A DNA stretch of 64,000 nucleotides, taken from contig CAZEMO010000008.1 in assembly GCA_964513375.1 (NCBI GenBank), forward strand, positions 85,556-149,555, given 5' to 3'. This document shows, one piece after another, positions 21,454 to 30,380 of this stretch. Origin of the DNA: an uncultured Bacteriovoracaceae bacterium (GTDB taxonomy: Bacteria > Desulfobacterota > Desulfomonilia > UBA1062). Numbering within the stretch: the stretch's first letter is position 1; every line of letters begins with the position of its first letter. The translations under genes were made by a program, and so were the position numbers. The notes beneath the pieces were generated by a model that saw only the letters and a list, made by a program, of their open reading frames with translations, was not told the origin of the DNA and did not search any database.

Positions 21454-22260
21454 ATGCTTAAAATAGATAATTTTGAAGGTATCACACAGATTCGGATGAG
21501 CCGGGAGATTGACGGCAAGCCTGTTTACTGGGTGGCGGCTTATCTGATTGACGGTCTGCTGATCGACACCGGATGTTTCTATACGGCTGCCGAACTCATG
21601 AACTTCCTGAGCGATAAGCATGTAAAGTTGGCGGTCAACACACATTTCCACGAAGACCACATCGGCGCCAACAAGATCCTCATGGATAAACTGGGAATCG
21701 ACATATTCGCGCACCCGGATTCCGTAAAGCGCATCTGCAAAAAGATAGAGCTTTATCCCTATCAGGAAACGGTCTGGGGCTACCCGGAACCGACTGAAAC
21801 AAAACCTGTCCCGAATGAAATAAAGACTGATAATCATACGTTTCAGGTCATAGAGACCCCTGGCCACAGCACAGGCCATATCTCTCTGGTTGAACTTTCA
21901 AACGGCTGGTGCTTCTCGGGCGACATATTCGCACGTGAAAAGCCGAAATTTATAAGGCCTGAAGAAGACGTAAGCGGCATGATAAAATCCATGCGCTCGC
22001 TGATCGGCCTGCCATGTGAAAGGCTCGTGCTTTTGACCTCGGTCGGAAAGATCGTCATTGATGGAAGAAAAGCTATGTCAGAATGCACAGACTATCTGAC
22101 TGACATGGCATCCAGGGTAAAAGAGCTTGCAGATGAAGGTCGTGATGTGAAAGATATTATGGGCGTACTCTTCGGAGGAGAACACAACTTCGCCTCAATC
22201 ACGAACAATCACTATTCGACATATAACTTTGTCAAATCATTGCTGATGTGTAATAATTGA
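21454..22260 (+). CDS. MBL-fold metallo-hydrolase
   Basis: HFHEDHIG and TPGHSTGHISL motifs. Confidence 0.8.
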   Translation: MLKIDNFEGITQIRMSREIDGKPVYWVAAYLIDGLLIDTGCFYTAAELMNFLSDKHVKLAVNTHFHEDHIGANKILMDKLGIDIFAHPDSVKRICKKIELYPYQETVWGYPEPTETKPVPNEIKTDNHTFQVIETPGHSTGHISLVELSNGWCFSGDIFAREKPKFIRPEEDVSGMIKSMRSLIGLPCERLVLLTSVGKIVIDGRKAMSECTDYLTDMASRVKELADEGRDVKDIMGVLFGGEHNFASITNNHYSTYNFVKSLLMCNN

Positions 22261-22419
22261 GCAATTGCAAAGACATAAGGACTACAGGGCGTCAGAACAA
22301 AGCAGACCGCGAAGCAACGAAGATGAGGAGTGAGACATACTTTTATGGTATGTCGCAACGACGAATCGAGGCGCGACAAAGGTATGCGAAGTTATCACGC
22401 CCTGTATTATGGAGGGGAA

Positions 22420-22908
22420 ATGAAGGTTGCCGTTATAATGGGAAGCAAATCCGACCTGCCGGTAATGGAAGAGACCATAGCTCTGCTCAAGCAGTTCGGT
22501 ATCGAGACCGAGATGAGGGTGCTTTCCGCGCACAGGTGCCCCGAGGAGGTTGCTGAATTCGCAAAAGCCGCAGCCGGAAACGGTTTCTCTGCAATCATAG
22601 CAGGCGCAGGCATGGCTGCGCATCTGCCGGGAGTAATCGCATCGTACACGACACTTCCGGTAATCGGCGTACCCATAGATGCTTCATCGCTTGACGGAAT
22701 CGATGCCCTGCTGTCGATCGTTCAGATGCCCCCGGGAATTCCTGTCGCTACAGTAGGCATAGGCAAGGCAGGCGCCAAAAACGCGGCGCTCCTTGCAGTG
22801 GAAATCCTGGCCCTTGCTGAACCGTCTCTCAAAAACAAGCTTTCGTCCTTCAGGGATGGCCAGAAAAAAACCATTCTTGCCGCCGACGCAGAGGTGAAAA
22901 ACACCTAG
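22420..22908 (+). CDS. purE: N5-carboxyaminoimidazole ribonucleotide mutase
   Basis: Internal start after a GGAGGGG RBS. KVAVIMGSKSD...SAHR is the PurE signature. Confidence 0.9.
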   Translation: MKVAVIMGSKSDLPVMEETIALLKQFGIETEMRVLSAHRCPEEVAEFAKAAAGNGFSAIIAGAGMAAHLPGVIASYTTLPVIGVPIDASSLDGIDALLSIVQMPPGIPVATVGIGKAGAKNAALLAVEILALAEPSLKNKLSSFRDGQKKTILAADAEVKNT

Positions 22909-22909
22909 G

Positions 22910-23533
22910 ATGCTTATCACCACCTCTGCCGAAGAGATCGCAACGCTGACAAAAAACAGACCGGGAACGGTTTTCGCCTACCCCACCGAGACGGTTTACG
23001 GCCTGGGCTGCCCGATTACGGATACTCAGGCAATAGAGCGCATAATCAGTATAAAAGGCCGAGACGCGGCAAAAGGCATGATTGTGCTTGTCTCGGATAT
23101 GAATCAGGCAAAGGCGCTTGCGGAAATCGATCCCCTGCAGGAATTGCTGCTGAGCAGATTCTGGCCCGGTGCATTAAGTGCTGTTATGAAAATCAATTCC
23201 AGTCTACGTGAACCTGTCATGTATATCCATAACGGGACAATCGCAATAAGAGTGACTCCCCATCCGCTTGCATCAGAACTTGCAGGACTTCTGGGCCCCA
23301 TCATATCGACATCGGCAAATCCGTCGGGGATGAGCCCTGCCAGCTGCAAAGAAGATATACTTTCATACGGACTAGATATCGATGCGATCCTGGACGGCGG
23401 GAAAATCCCGGGCGGGTTGCCGTCAACTCTCATTGATCTCACAGGCAAAGAGCCAGTCTCTTTACGAGCTGGAGCGGTTCCTTTCGAGAAAGTGCTTGAG
23501 TGCTGGCATAAGTCACCCTTGAAGAATAAATGA
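22910..23533 (+). CDS. tsaC: L-threonylcarbamoyladenylate synthase (YrdC/TsaC)
   Basis: YPTETVYGLGC matches the YrdC domain. Length is 207 aa. Confidence 0.8.
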   Translation: MLITTSAEEIATLTKNRPGTVFAYPTETVYGLGCPITDTQAIERIISIKGRDAAKGMIVLVSDMNQAKALAEIDPLQELLLSRFWPGALSAVMKINSSLREPVMYIHNGTIAIRVTPHPLASELAGLLGPIISTSANPSGMSPASCKEDILSYGLDIDAILDGGKIPGGLPSTLIDLTGKEPVSLRAGAVPFEKVLECWHKSPLKNK

Positions 23534-24687
23534 CTGCCTTCGTTGAGAAAATGTACATGAATGAAATCAATGCCTCCATAATCGTACCGACTTACAAAGA
23601 AGCGAAAAATATAACACCATTATCCGAACAGATCGATCAGGCCATGAAGGGTTCCGGACTTACTTACGAGATCATAGTTGTGGATGATAATTCGAAAGAC
23701 GGAATCATTGAAGCAGTTGATCTGATCAAGGATAGGTACAATATACGTTTGAAAGTAAGAGAATCAGAACGGGGTCTGTCTTCCGCAGTAATTGCAGGGT
23801 TTGGCCTGGCTAAGGGTGAGGCCATCGTTGTCATGGATGCCGACCTGAGCCACCCGCCTTTTAAAATTCCGGAGCTTGTTATCCCGATACTGAATGATAG
23901 ATATGATTTCATCATCGGAAGCAGGTTTGTCAAAGGCGGTTCCGCAACGCATTTCAACTGGTATAGGAGGCTCAATGCCCTGGTGTCAAAGATAATAGCC
24001 AGGCCTTTTACCAGTGTATCGGACCCGATGGCCGGTTTTTTCGCCTTTCACAGGAAACTCTTAAGGCCCGGGCTGATGCTCAATCCCCTCGGCTTCAAGA
24101 TAGGCATTGAGATGATAGTCAAGGCTGCCCCTGAGAGAATTACGGAAATCCCAATTCAATTCCGGGAAAGGGAATTCGGGGAGAGCAAACTCTCACTGAA
24201 GGAACAGATTAATTATCTTATCCACATTAAAAGGCTTTTTGAATATAAATACGAAACCATTGCGGAATTCATCAAGTTTTGCCTTATCGGCAGCTCAGGA
24301 ATGATGGTAGATCTCGCCATAGTCTTTCTGTCTATGCAGATATTTATGATTTCAGGCATTATCTCTACGCCATACCGGTTTCGCACTGCACGGGTAATCG
24401 GCTATATTTTTGCTGTCACATCGAATTTCCTGTTGAACAGGAAGTTCACTTTCCCCGAAGCTGCGCAGGGAAATATCCATCGGCAATATCTGTCTTTCTT
24501 CATAGTGTCTCTGCTGGGTTTTATCGTAAACTTTTCCATCTCCGTCTATCTTCACGAACATATCGCTTTCTTCAACAAATACTACCTTCTAGCAGCATTT
24601 ATGGGCATCCTTGGAGGCACTCTTATAAATTTCTCAGGCAGCAGGCTCTTTGTGTTCAAACACGGGGAATCAAAGAAACCTGAGTAA
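23530..24687 (+). CDS. family 2 glycosyltransferase (polyprenyl-phosphate sugar synthase-like) fused to a GtrA-like membrane domain
   Basis: SIIVPTYKEAKNI...VVDDNSKDG and DADLSHPP are GT2 DPM-synthase motifs. The C-terminus has four TM helices of GtrA type. Confidence 0.75.
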   Translation: MTAFVEKMYMNEINASIIVPTYKEAKNITPLSEQIDQAMKGSGLTYEIIVVDDNSKDGIIEAVDLIKDRYNIRLKVRESERGLSSAVIAGFGLAKGEAIVVMDADLSHPPFKIPELVIPILNDRYDFIIGSRFVKGGSATHFNWYRRLNALVSKIIARPFTSVSDPMAGFFAFHRKLLRPGLMLNPLGFKIGIEMIVKAAPERITEIPIQFREREFGESKLSLKEQINYLIHIKRLFEYKYETIAEFIKFCLIGSSGMMVDLAIVFLSMQIFMISGIISTPYRFRTARVIGYIFAVTSNFLLNRKFTFPEAAQGNIHRQYLSFFIVSLLGFIVNFSISVYLHEHIAFFNKYYLLAAFMGILGGTLINFSGSRLFVFKHGESKKPE

Positions 24688-24863
24688 AAACAACCAGGAT
24701 TTAAATACTTTTAGACAAGTATTTTGATAAAACATTTTCTACCGGGAAGTACCCGCCATCTTTGCCCTGATGTCAAATGAATTTTCCATTGTTGTATTTT
24801 TACCGGTTTTCTGCGAAAAATCAGTTTCCAGAGGCTTATCGAGATGACATTACCGGAGGGTTA

Positions 24864-25643
24864 ATGCTGAGCAAGAGAATCATCATCTGCCTGGACGTGA
24901 GGAACGGCAAAACAACAAAAGGCGTAAAGTTCCTAAGCAACATCGACATCGGAGACCCTGTAAAAATGGCAAAAGAGTATTACGAGCAGGGAGTGGATGA
25001 ACTGGTCTTTTACGACATAACAGCCTCGTCCGACAAAAGGAACATCATGATAGATGTGGTCGACAGGGTCGCCCGCAACATATTCATACCCTTTTCCGTG
25101 GGCGGTGGACTCCGCACCATTGACGATATGTATCGCGTGCTTGACGCAGGCGCTGAAAAGGTAAGTGTTAACAGTGCGGCGGTCGAAAACCCCTCAATAA
25201 TTTCTGAAGGGGCCCGCGTTTTCGGAAACCAGTGCATAGTCCTAGGAATGGATGCCAAACATGTTGGGATAAGCGCGAAGATACCCTGCGGCTATGAAGT
25301 GTTCATCAACGGCGGCAGAACGCCTATGGGCATAGATGCCCTTGCCTGGGCGAAACATGCGGAAGATCTCGGCGCCGGCGAAATATGCCTTAACTCTATC
25401 GATGCTGACGGTACAAATGATGGCTATGAGCTTACTATAACCAGGATGATCTCGGATAGTGTTGGCATACCGGTCATTGCATCAGGAGGCGCCGGAAGGC
25501 CCGAACATCTGAGGGACGTGCTGTCTGCCGGAAACGCCGATGCCGCGCTTATCGCCTCGATGGTTCATTATGGCACATACACAGTCCGTCAGATAAAGGA
25601 ATATCTCGATAAGGAAGGTATCCCTGTAAGGAAAAAATGCTGA
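24864..25643 (+). CDS. hisF: imidazole glycerol phosphate synthase cyclase subunit
   Basis: Internal start after a [17 protein letters not shown]...[12 protein letters not shown]...SVGGG is the HisF TIM barrel. Confidence 0.85.
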   Translation: MLSKRIIICLDVRNGKTTKGVKFLSNIDIGDPVKMAKEYYEQGVDELVFYDITASSDKRNIMIDVVDRVARNIFIPFSVGGGLRTIDDMYRVLDAGAEKVSVNSAAVENPSIISEGARVFGNQCIVLGMDAKHVGISAKIPCGYEVFINGGRTPMGIDALAWAKHAEDLGAGEICLNSIDADGTNDGYELTITRMISDSVGIPVIASGGAGRPEHLRDVLSAGNADAALIASMVHYGTYTVRQIKEYLDKEGIPVRKKC

Positions 25644-26206
25644 TGAAAAAGACCATATTACTTTTCGTGGCTTTGGTAATGATATTCATCTTGGGATCAA
25701 GCGCTTCATATGCTTCCGGTCCGGCCGCATTGAAGCATTCTCCTCCTAAAATGCCTGAAAACAACGTCTACACCGACCCGTTCAGCTACTGCAACTGCGC
25801 CGGAACCATAGACGCTCCGGATAAGAGATATCAGGGAGAAAAAGTGCCCGATTCAATAGTACCAAGCATTCGAAAAGTCATGAAGCTAGGCAGCGACACG
25901 CCTTCCGATTATATAAAACAGACCACGTTCTGGCGCTGCATGGACAGAAAAGTCTTTGTCTGCATGGTGGGAGCAAATCTTCCCTGCAGGGAAAAAGCTG
26001 ATCTGAGAAAAATACCTGATGCTGCCATGAGGGATTATTGCGGGAACAACCCGGATGCGGATTTCATACCTGCCTATGTAACCGGCCGGTCAACCGTTTA
26101 CGAGTGGCGCTGTTCAGGAAAAGTTCCTGCCATATCCAAACAGCTGTTCAAGCCGGACGCCAGAGGCTTCATTTCCGATATCTGGTATGAGCTTCCGGCG
26201 CAGTAG
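25643..26206 (+). CDS. secreted Cys-rich hypothetical protein
   Basis: The start overlaps the hisF stop (TGATG). It has a signal peptide and ten Cys residues. Confidence 0.45.
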   Translation: MKKTILLFVALVMIFILGSSASYASGPAALKHSPPKMPENNVYTDPFSYCNCAGTIDAPDKRYQGEKVPDSIVPSIRKVMKLGSDTPSDYIKQTTFWRCMDRKVFVCMVGANLPCREKADLRKIPDAAMRDYCGNNPDADFIPAYVTGRSTVYEWRCSGKVPAISKQLFKPDARGFISDIWYELPAQ

Positions 26207-26220
26207 GTTTTTACCTATAC

Positions 26221-28431
26221 TCAATCGGATTTTAACACTTTTATCAGTTCAGGACTGTCCATGAAAAGCCTGATAACATCGATCATTTTACAGATAAGAG
26301 AAGAGAGGTCATAGAGGAATATCTCCTGATGAAGGAGTCCTTTCCTGTCTATGGCGGCGGCTTTGTCAGAAGTTTCTTTCTCAAGCAGGTTTTCACACTC
26401 CTTCCAGAGCATGGATGATTTTTCTTCAAGGGTACCGATGTCGCTTACAGCATCTCCTTTAAGCAGATTTTTCCAGTTATCATGCAGCATGTTCAAAAGA
26501 TTCATGGCCTCACCAACCGACTTTTCAATGTTTCTGTTCAAACCGTCCCCTCCGATGAATTTCAATATAAAGAAGACCGATACGAAATTACGGTAGATAT
26601 AATAGACTGCATCTTCGTTAAGAACAGGGTTGTTGAACTTCTTATCAAGGAAAAGCATGTCCCATTTCAGGTCCCGCAAAAGGTCTATGTAGCCCGAAGT
26701 CAGCCTTCTGAGGCTTGTCCAGGTTTCATCCATCTCATCGAAGGAGTCTGTCTTTCCGGTAACTATGCCGTTGATTATATCGAAACCCTTTATATAAATC
26801 GATGCAAGTCCGCCAATCGAAACCTCAAGCATACGCCTCAAGTTTACTGGAAGGACGAACTTCATGATAAGCGTCGCCATAAGCCCGCCGAATATCATCC
26901 CTGCAGTACTTTTCATGATCAGACTGTAATGTTCAGGCATGCCGGCCAGCGGCCCTATGCAAATGATGAATGTTATGCCGCCGTTGACTCCGATTGCACT
27001 CCAGTCCTCCTCGCCTAAACCGATATAGGAAAAAACAAAAAGTATTACGCTGATAACGCCGGTCATGAACAGATTTATATGGCCGGAAATATAAAAAAAG
27101 GCGAGACCTGCTGCGCTGCCCGCCACCGCGCCCAACGCCAGAAAAATAAATCTTCTCAGTGACTGCCCTTTGTATCCCGTATACGAAACCAGGACGGCAG
27201 GCACCATGGCCTGCATGCTCTTAAAAGGTATTACCCAGAGGATGACGGATAAAAAAACCGACAGCGCACCCTTGAACGCACCTGCCACAGCTTCAGAGTT
27301 AAACCTTTTCAACCTTGCAATACCCTCTTTCAACGATGGTTCGCTCCCCGATGAAGCGGGGACTTCAATTTTCATCCTGTTCCGGGACATCTTCGAAAGT
27401 TCAAGAAGTATCTTAACAAGATAAAACAGCAGCCTTATTCTGCTGAAAATAAGCTCCCGGCTCTTTCCTTCATGAGCAAGCCAGCCGTGAGGTTCAATGA
27501 TCTCACTGTTGAGGTGCGACTGTAACCCTGCCAGGGTTTCTCCATGTCCTGAAAGGTAACCGATGACATCTTTTGCAGGCGTGCGCAGTATTTCTTCCAT
27601 CATATCCGTGAGATTAATCAGGAAAGACGAACCGGCAAAGTCGTCATTTAGTTCTGCGGAATACTCTTCAGACATAATCCTGTGCAGATGAAGCATGTGG
27701 GAGAGCAAGGCCCTGCATAAAGAAACCGCGAGCCTGTATTGATCCTGACCTACTGCTGATGATTGTCCGATATTGGAATTCTGTATGAAATTGTTGGCCC
27801 TTTTCACCATTTTGCGGAATTCATACACTTCTTTTTCAATGTCGATCCCGGAGTTTCCCTTCAGGATATTTATTGAAATGTAGATGTTCTTTTTTATAAG
27901 GTTTCCCAGGCTCTTTGTAAGAACCTCTTCATCATTCACCGGAAAGACGAAATATACGACCGCCCAGGATATGCACACGCCTATCAGTATATCCAGCATC
28001 CTCAAAAAGGAACGGCTGAATGCCTGGTCTATCAGCGCATCGCCCATATAGGCTATAATCAGCGGCGTAAATGCCGCAAGCAGTGCGCCGAAAGGATATA
28101 TCCCGTTCATGCCTATATAGAACATTATGAATACCCAGAAGAAGCCAAGAACTGCGATGACAATGGGCTGCCCCTGGAACGTATATACAGCGAGAAATCC
28201 GGCAATGCATCCGATGACGGTTGCGGCTATGCGAATAACACCCTTGCTTATTGTCATCCTCATGGTGAGCTGCGTCGAAAGAAACGTGGTGAATACTATC
28301 CAGTAGCTGTTTTTAAGATCAAAGGCATATGAAATCAATTCGGCTATCAGGCATGCGATGCATGTTTTCAGGGCGAGCCTTAACCTGAGAGGGTCGGCCA
28401 GCTCGAATTTCAGGTATTCGGAAATCGTCAT
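26221..28431 (-). CDS. FUSC-family (fusaric acid resistance / aromatic acid exporter-like) membrane protein
   Basis: 736 aa with two multi-TM bundles separated by a cytoplasmic helical region. The N-terminal pattern is typical of YccS/FUSC proteins. Confidence 0.65.
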   Translation of the reverse strand: MTISEYLKFELADPLRLRLALKTCIACLIAELISYAFDLKNSYWIVFTTFLSTQLTMRMTISKGVIRIAATVIGCIAGFLAVYTFQGQPIVIAVLGFFWVFIMFYIGMNGIYPFGALLAAFTPLIIAYMGDALIDQAFSRSFLRMLDILIGVCISWAVVYFVFPVNDEEVLTKSLGNLIKKNIYISINILKGNSGIDIEKEVYEFRKMVKRANNFIQNSNIGQSSAVGQDQYRLAVSLCRALLSHMLHLHRIMSEEYSAELNDDFAGSSFLINLTDMMEEILRTPAKDVIGYLSGHGETLAGLQSHLNSEIIEPHGWLAHEGKSRELIFSRIRLLFYLVKILLELSKMSRNRMKIEVPASSGSEPSLKEGIARLKRFNSEAVAGAFKGALSVFLSVILWVIPFKSMQAMVPAVLVSYTGYKGQSLRRFIFLALGAVAGSAAGLAFFYISGHINLFMTGVISVILFVFSYIGLGEEDWSAIGVNGGITFIICIGPLAGMPEHYSLIMKSTAGMIFGGLMATLIMKFVLPVNLRRMLEVSIGGLASIYIKGFDIINGIVTGKTDSFDEMDETWTSLRRLTSGYIDLLRDLKWDMLFLDKKFNNPVLNEDAVYYIYRNFVSVFFILKFIGGDGLNRNIEKSVGEAMNLLNMLHDNWKNLLKGDAVSDIGTLEEKSSMLWKECENLLEKETSDKAAAIDRKGLLHQEIFLYDLSSLICKMIDVIRLFMDSPELIKVLKSD

Positions 28432-28636
28432 GTCAGCTAAATCGGAATAGAACCCGCCAGGTATAAATAAATATTTGTTCCTGCCCGAACATATACCATT
28501 TATAATTTACACATGGCGCTCAGGAAAAATTATCAAGCGGACATGCGCGATATCCTCGAAAATTCGACTGTATTCATAAAACAGTTTTCATCCTCAAAAA
28601 ATATGGTTACTATCTGAATCGATCCGGAGGTCAAAT

Positions 28637-29392
28637 ATGAAGGACGCACTTCTCCTGGGTATCTGGAAATACATCATGCGGGTGCCGGGTTTTGCATGGA
28701 AGTCTCAGGTCGGCAGCGCTGCAAAAGAAAACGCCTTCAGGCTGGATTTCATGACTGAAGATCATCACAGAATTCGTGATCTGGCAGTAACAGGGATTGC
28801 AGAAAAAGGCACACCGCTGACGCCGGAATATTTCTCGCAGTCATTAGGTATCGGCATCGCAAGAGTAAACGATATCCTGGCTGAACTCGAACGCCATATG
28901 ACCTTCCTGTTCAGAAATTCTGATGGTAATGTGGCCTGGGCATACCCGGTGACTGCCGACAAAACGCCTCACAGGCTAACATTCAGCACAGGAGAGCGAA
29001 TCTACGCCGCCTGAGCGGTTGACGCGCTTGCGGCGCCCTTCGTGCAGGGGCTTCTAAAAATGAGGGAACTTACGGTAAGTATTGAAACGGAATGCGCGTG
29101 CTGCAAAGAGACTCTTGTAATGGAGGTTGACAGCTCCATGAAATACAGGGTGCTCACCGCAGGAGCGGAACCCGTTGCGTTCGCACCCATGGTTGATTTC
29201 GACAGGCTCGATGAGCCAAGCATCATAAACTCTTTTTGAAAGCTTTCCGTTTTCTTCCGGTCGGAAGAACATGCAAGAAAATTCAGAAAGACAGGCAAAT
29301 GCTCCAAAGGGACCTATTTCAACCTGGACCAGGGCATGTACATAACCCCAATAATACAGGGCGCGCTCTTTGACGTAAACCGCAAAAGATAA
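28637..29392 (+). CDS. organomercurial lyase (MerB) family protein, candidate selenoprotein with two in-frame UGA (Sec) codons at 29012-29014 and 29237-29239
   Basis: GGAGG RBS 6 nt upstream. The single frame aligns with MerB along its length (DGNV ~ DGNI; RIYAA-U-AVDAL ~ RLYAW-C96-ALD99TL; INSF-U-KLSVFF ~ RQSF-C159-CHVHFF). Both TGAs fall at catalytic-Cys positions. A SECIS-like hairpin follows TGA2. Confidence 0.55.
29252..29269 (+). promoter_or_regulatory. candidate bacterial SECIS hairpin (TTCTTCC-GGTC-GGAAGAA) 13 nt downstream of the second in-frame UGA
   Basis: Perfect 7-bp stem with a 4-nt GGUC apical loop. The loop G/U lie about 23-25 nt from the U of UGA, as in E. coli fdhF. Confidence 0.45.
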
Positions 29393-29484
29393 TTTCCGGT
29401 TGCAGCTTTATTTTCAGTTCAACCGGGAATAGTTTATTAACGAGCGCGGCTATTCGGCTTAGGCTTAAATGTCAACGACCATTT

Positions 29485-29820
29485 CTATTTGATCAGAACA
29501 AGCAGCATTTTGAATCTGGTCACGGCCTTCAGCGCATGCGGATGATCGGCGGGCATGATTATCATCTGCCCGGCTTCAGTAAGATGTGGCTTGCCGTCAA
29601 TGATGACTTCAGCCTTTCCTTCAAGGATAAAGACCAGCGCATCAAACGGCGCGGTATGCTCACTCAGGCCCTCGCCCTCATCAAATGCGAATACGCTTAC
29701 CGTTCCAGCAGGCTTCCTTATTATCTCCCTGCTCACAACCGAATGAGCCTGATAGGCAGCCATACCTCCGAGGTCGATCGCTCTTCCCAGAATATCCGGA
29801 TTGACCTTGCTTTCAACCAT
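29485..29820 (-). CDS. cupin domain protein
   Basis: Start chosen at MVESK after an AAGGAG RBS. It has a cupin-2 fold (GEGLSEH...HALKA). Confidence 0.6.
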   Translation of the reverse strand: MVESKVNPDILGRAIDLGGMAAYQAHSVVSREIIRKPAGTVSVFAFDEGEGLSEHTAPFDALVFILEGKAEVIIDGKPHLTEAGQMIIMPADHPHALKAVTRFKMLLVLIK

Positions 29821-30339
29821 GTACATCTCCTTTTTTGATTTGAGTATTGCATAAAACAATCGGGCTTGATTTGACCTGGGTCAAACCATTTGAAGTAATT
29901 ATTTTTGAATGTCCCTTAATTTTGCAAAATTTCAGCTAAGATAAAATGAGAATCAGAGTTATCAATAATATTGTAATCTCTGTTTTATCTTATGATAATA
30001 TACTAACCATAGCTTTCTTGGTCCGCTTTCTCGCATGTATTACCAGCAATAAACATAGTGACATTGCTTATATTGCTAATATAGTTGATAAGTTATCCAT
30101 ATTACATGACTATTTTGCTGTGAACAACATTCTGTTTTTTCATTATTAACAACACACCTTTTCAAATTAAAATAACATAAATACTATATACAGTTGGTCT
30201 TTATTTAATACATATTGAATCTAAGGATCAAGAACTACAATCTTAGATTTTCCTCAAGTCCTGTAAAATATCATTCAAGTATTTCGAGTAGCAGATTTTT
30301 GAGATGCTGAAAGCATATCACAAATCCGCTAATCGATAC

Positions 30340-30359
30340 CCCCCTTTTGATAAAGGGGG
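30340..30359. other. strong GC-clamped hairpin CCCCCTTT-TGAT-AAAGGGGG
   Basis: Perfect 8-bp stem 20 nt past the 3' end of the minus-strand lipoprotein gene. There is no U-tract on either strand. Confidence 0.4.
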
Positions 30360-30380
30360 CATGGGGAATAGAATATTTCT

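Noticed and set aside
28637-29392. Read the MerB-like locus as a pseudogene carrying two nonsense mutations
   Set aside because: Both stops are TGA and the frame is otherwise intact. Each falls exactly on a catalytic Cys of MerB, with Asp99 retained. A SECIS-like hairpin follows the second at the canonical distance. Chance disruption at precisely these two codons is implausible, though only genome context (the sel genes) can settle it.
28637-29392. Alternative genetic code (UGA read as Trp/Gly) explaining the in-frame TGAs
   Set aside because: Many clearly intact genes in the window (gltX, purC, hisF and others) terminate with TGA. UGA is therefore a normal stop here.
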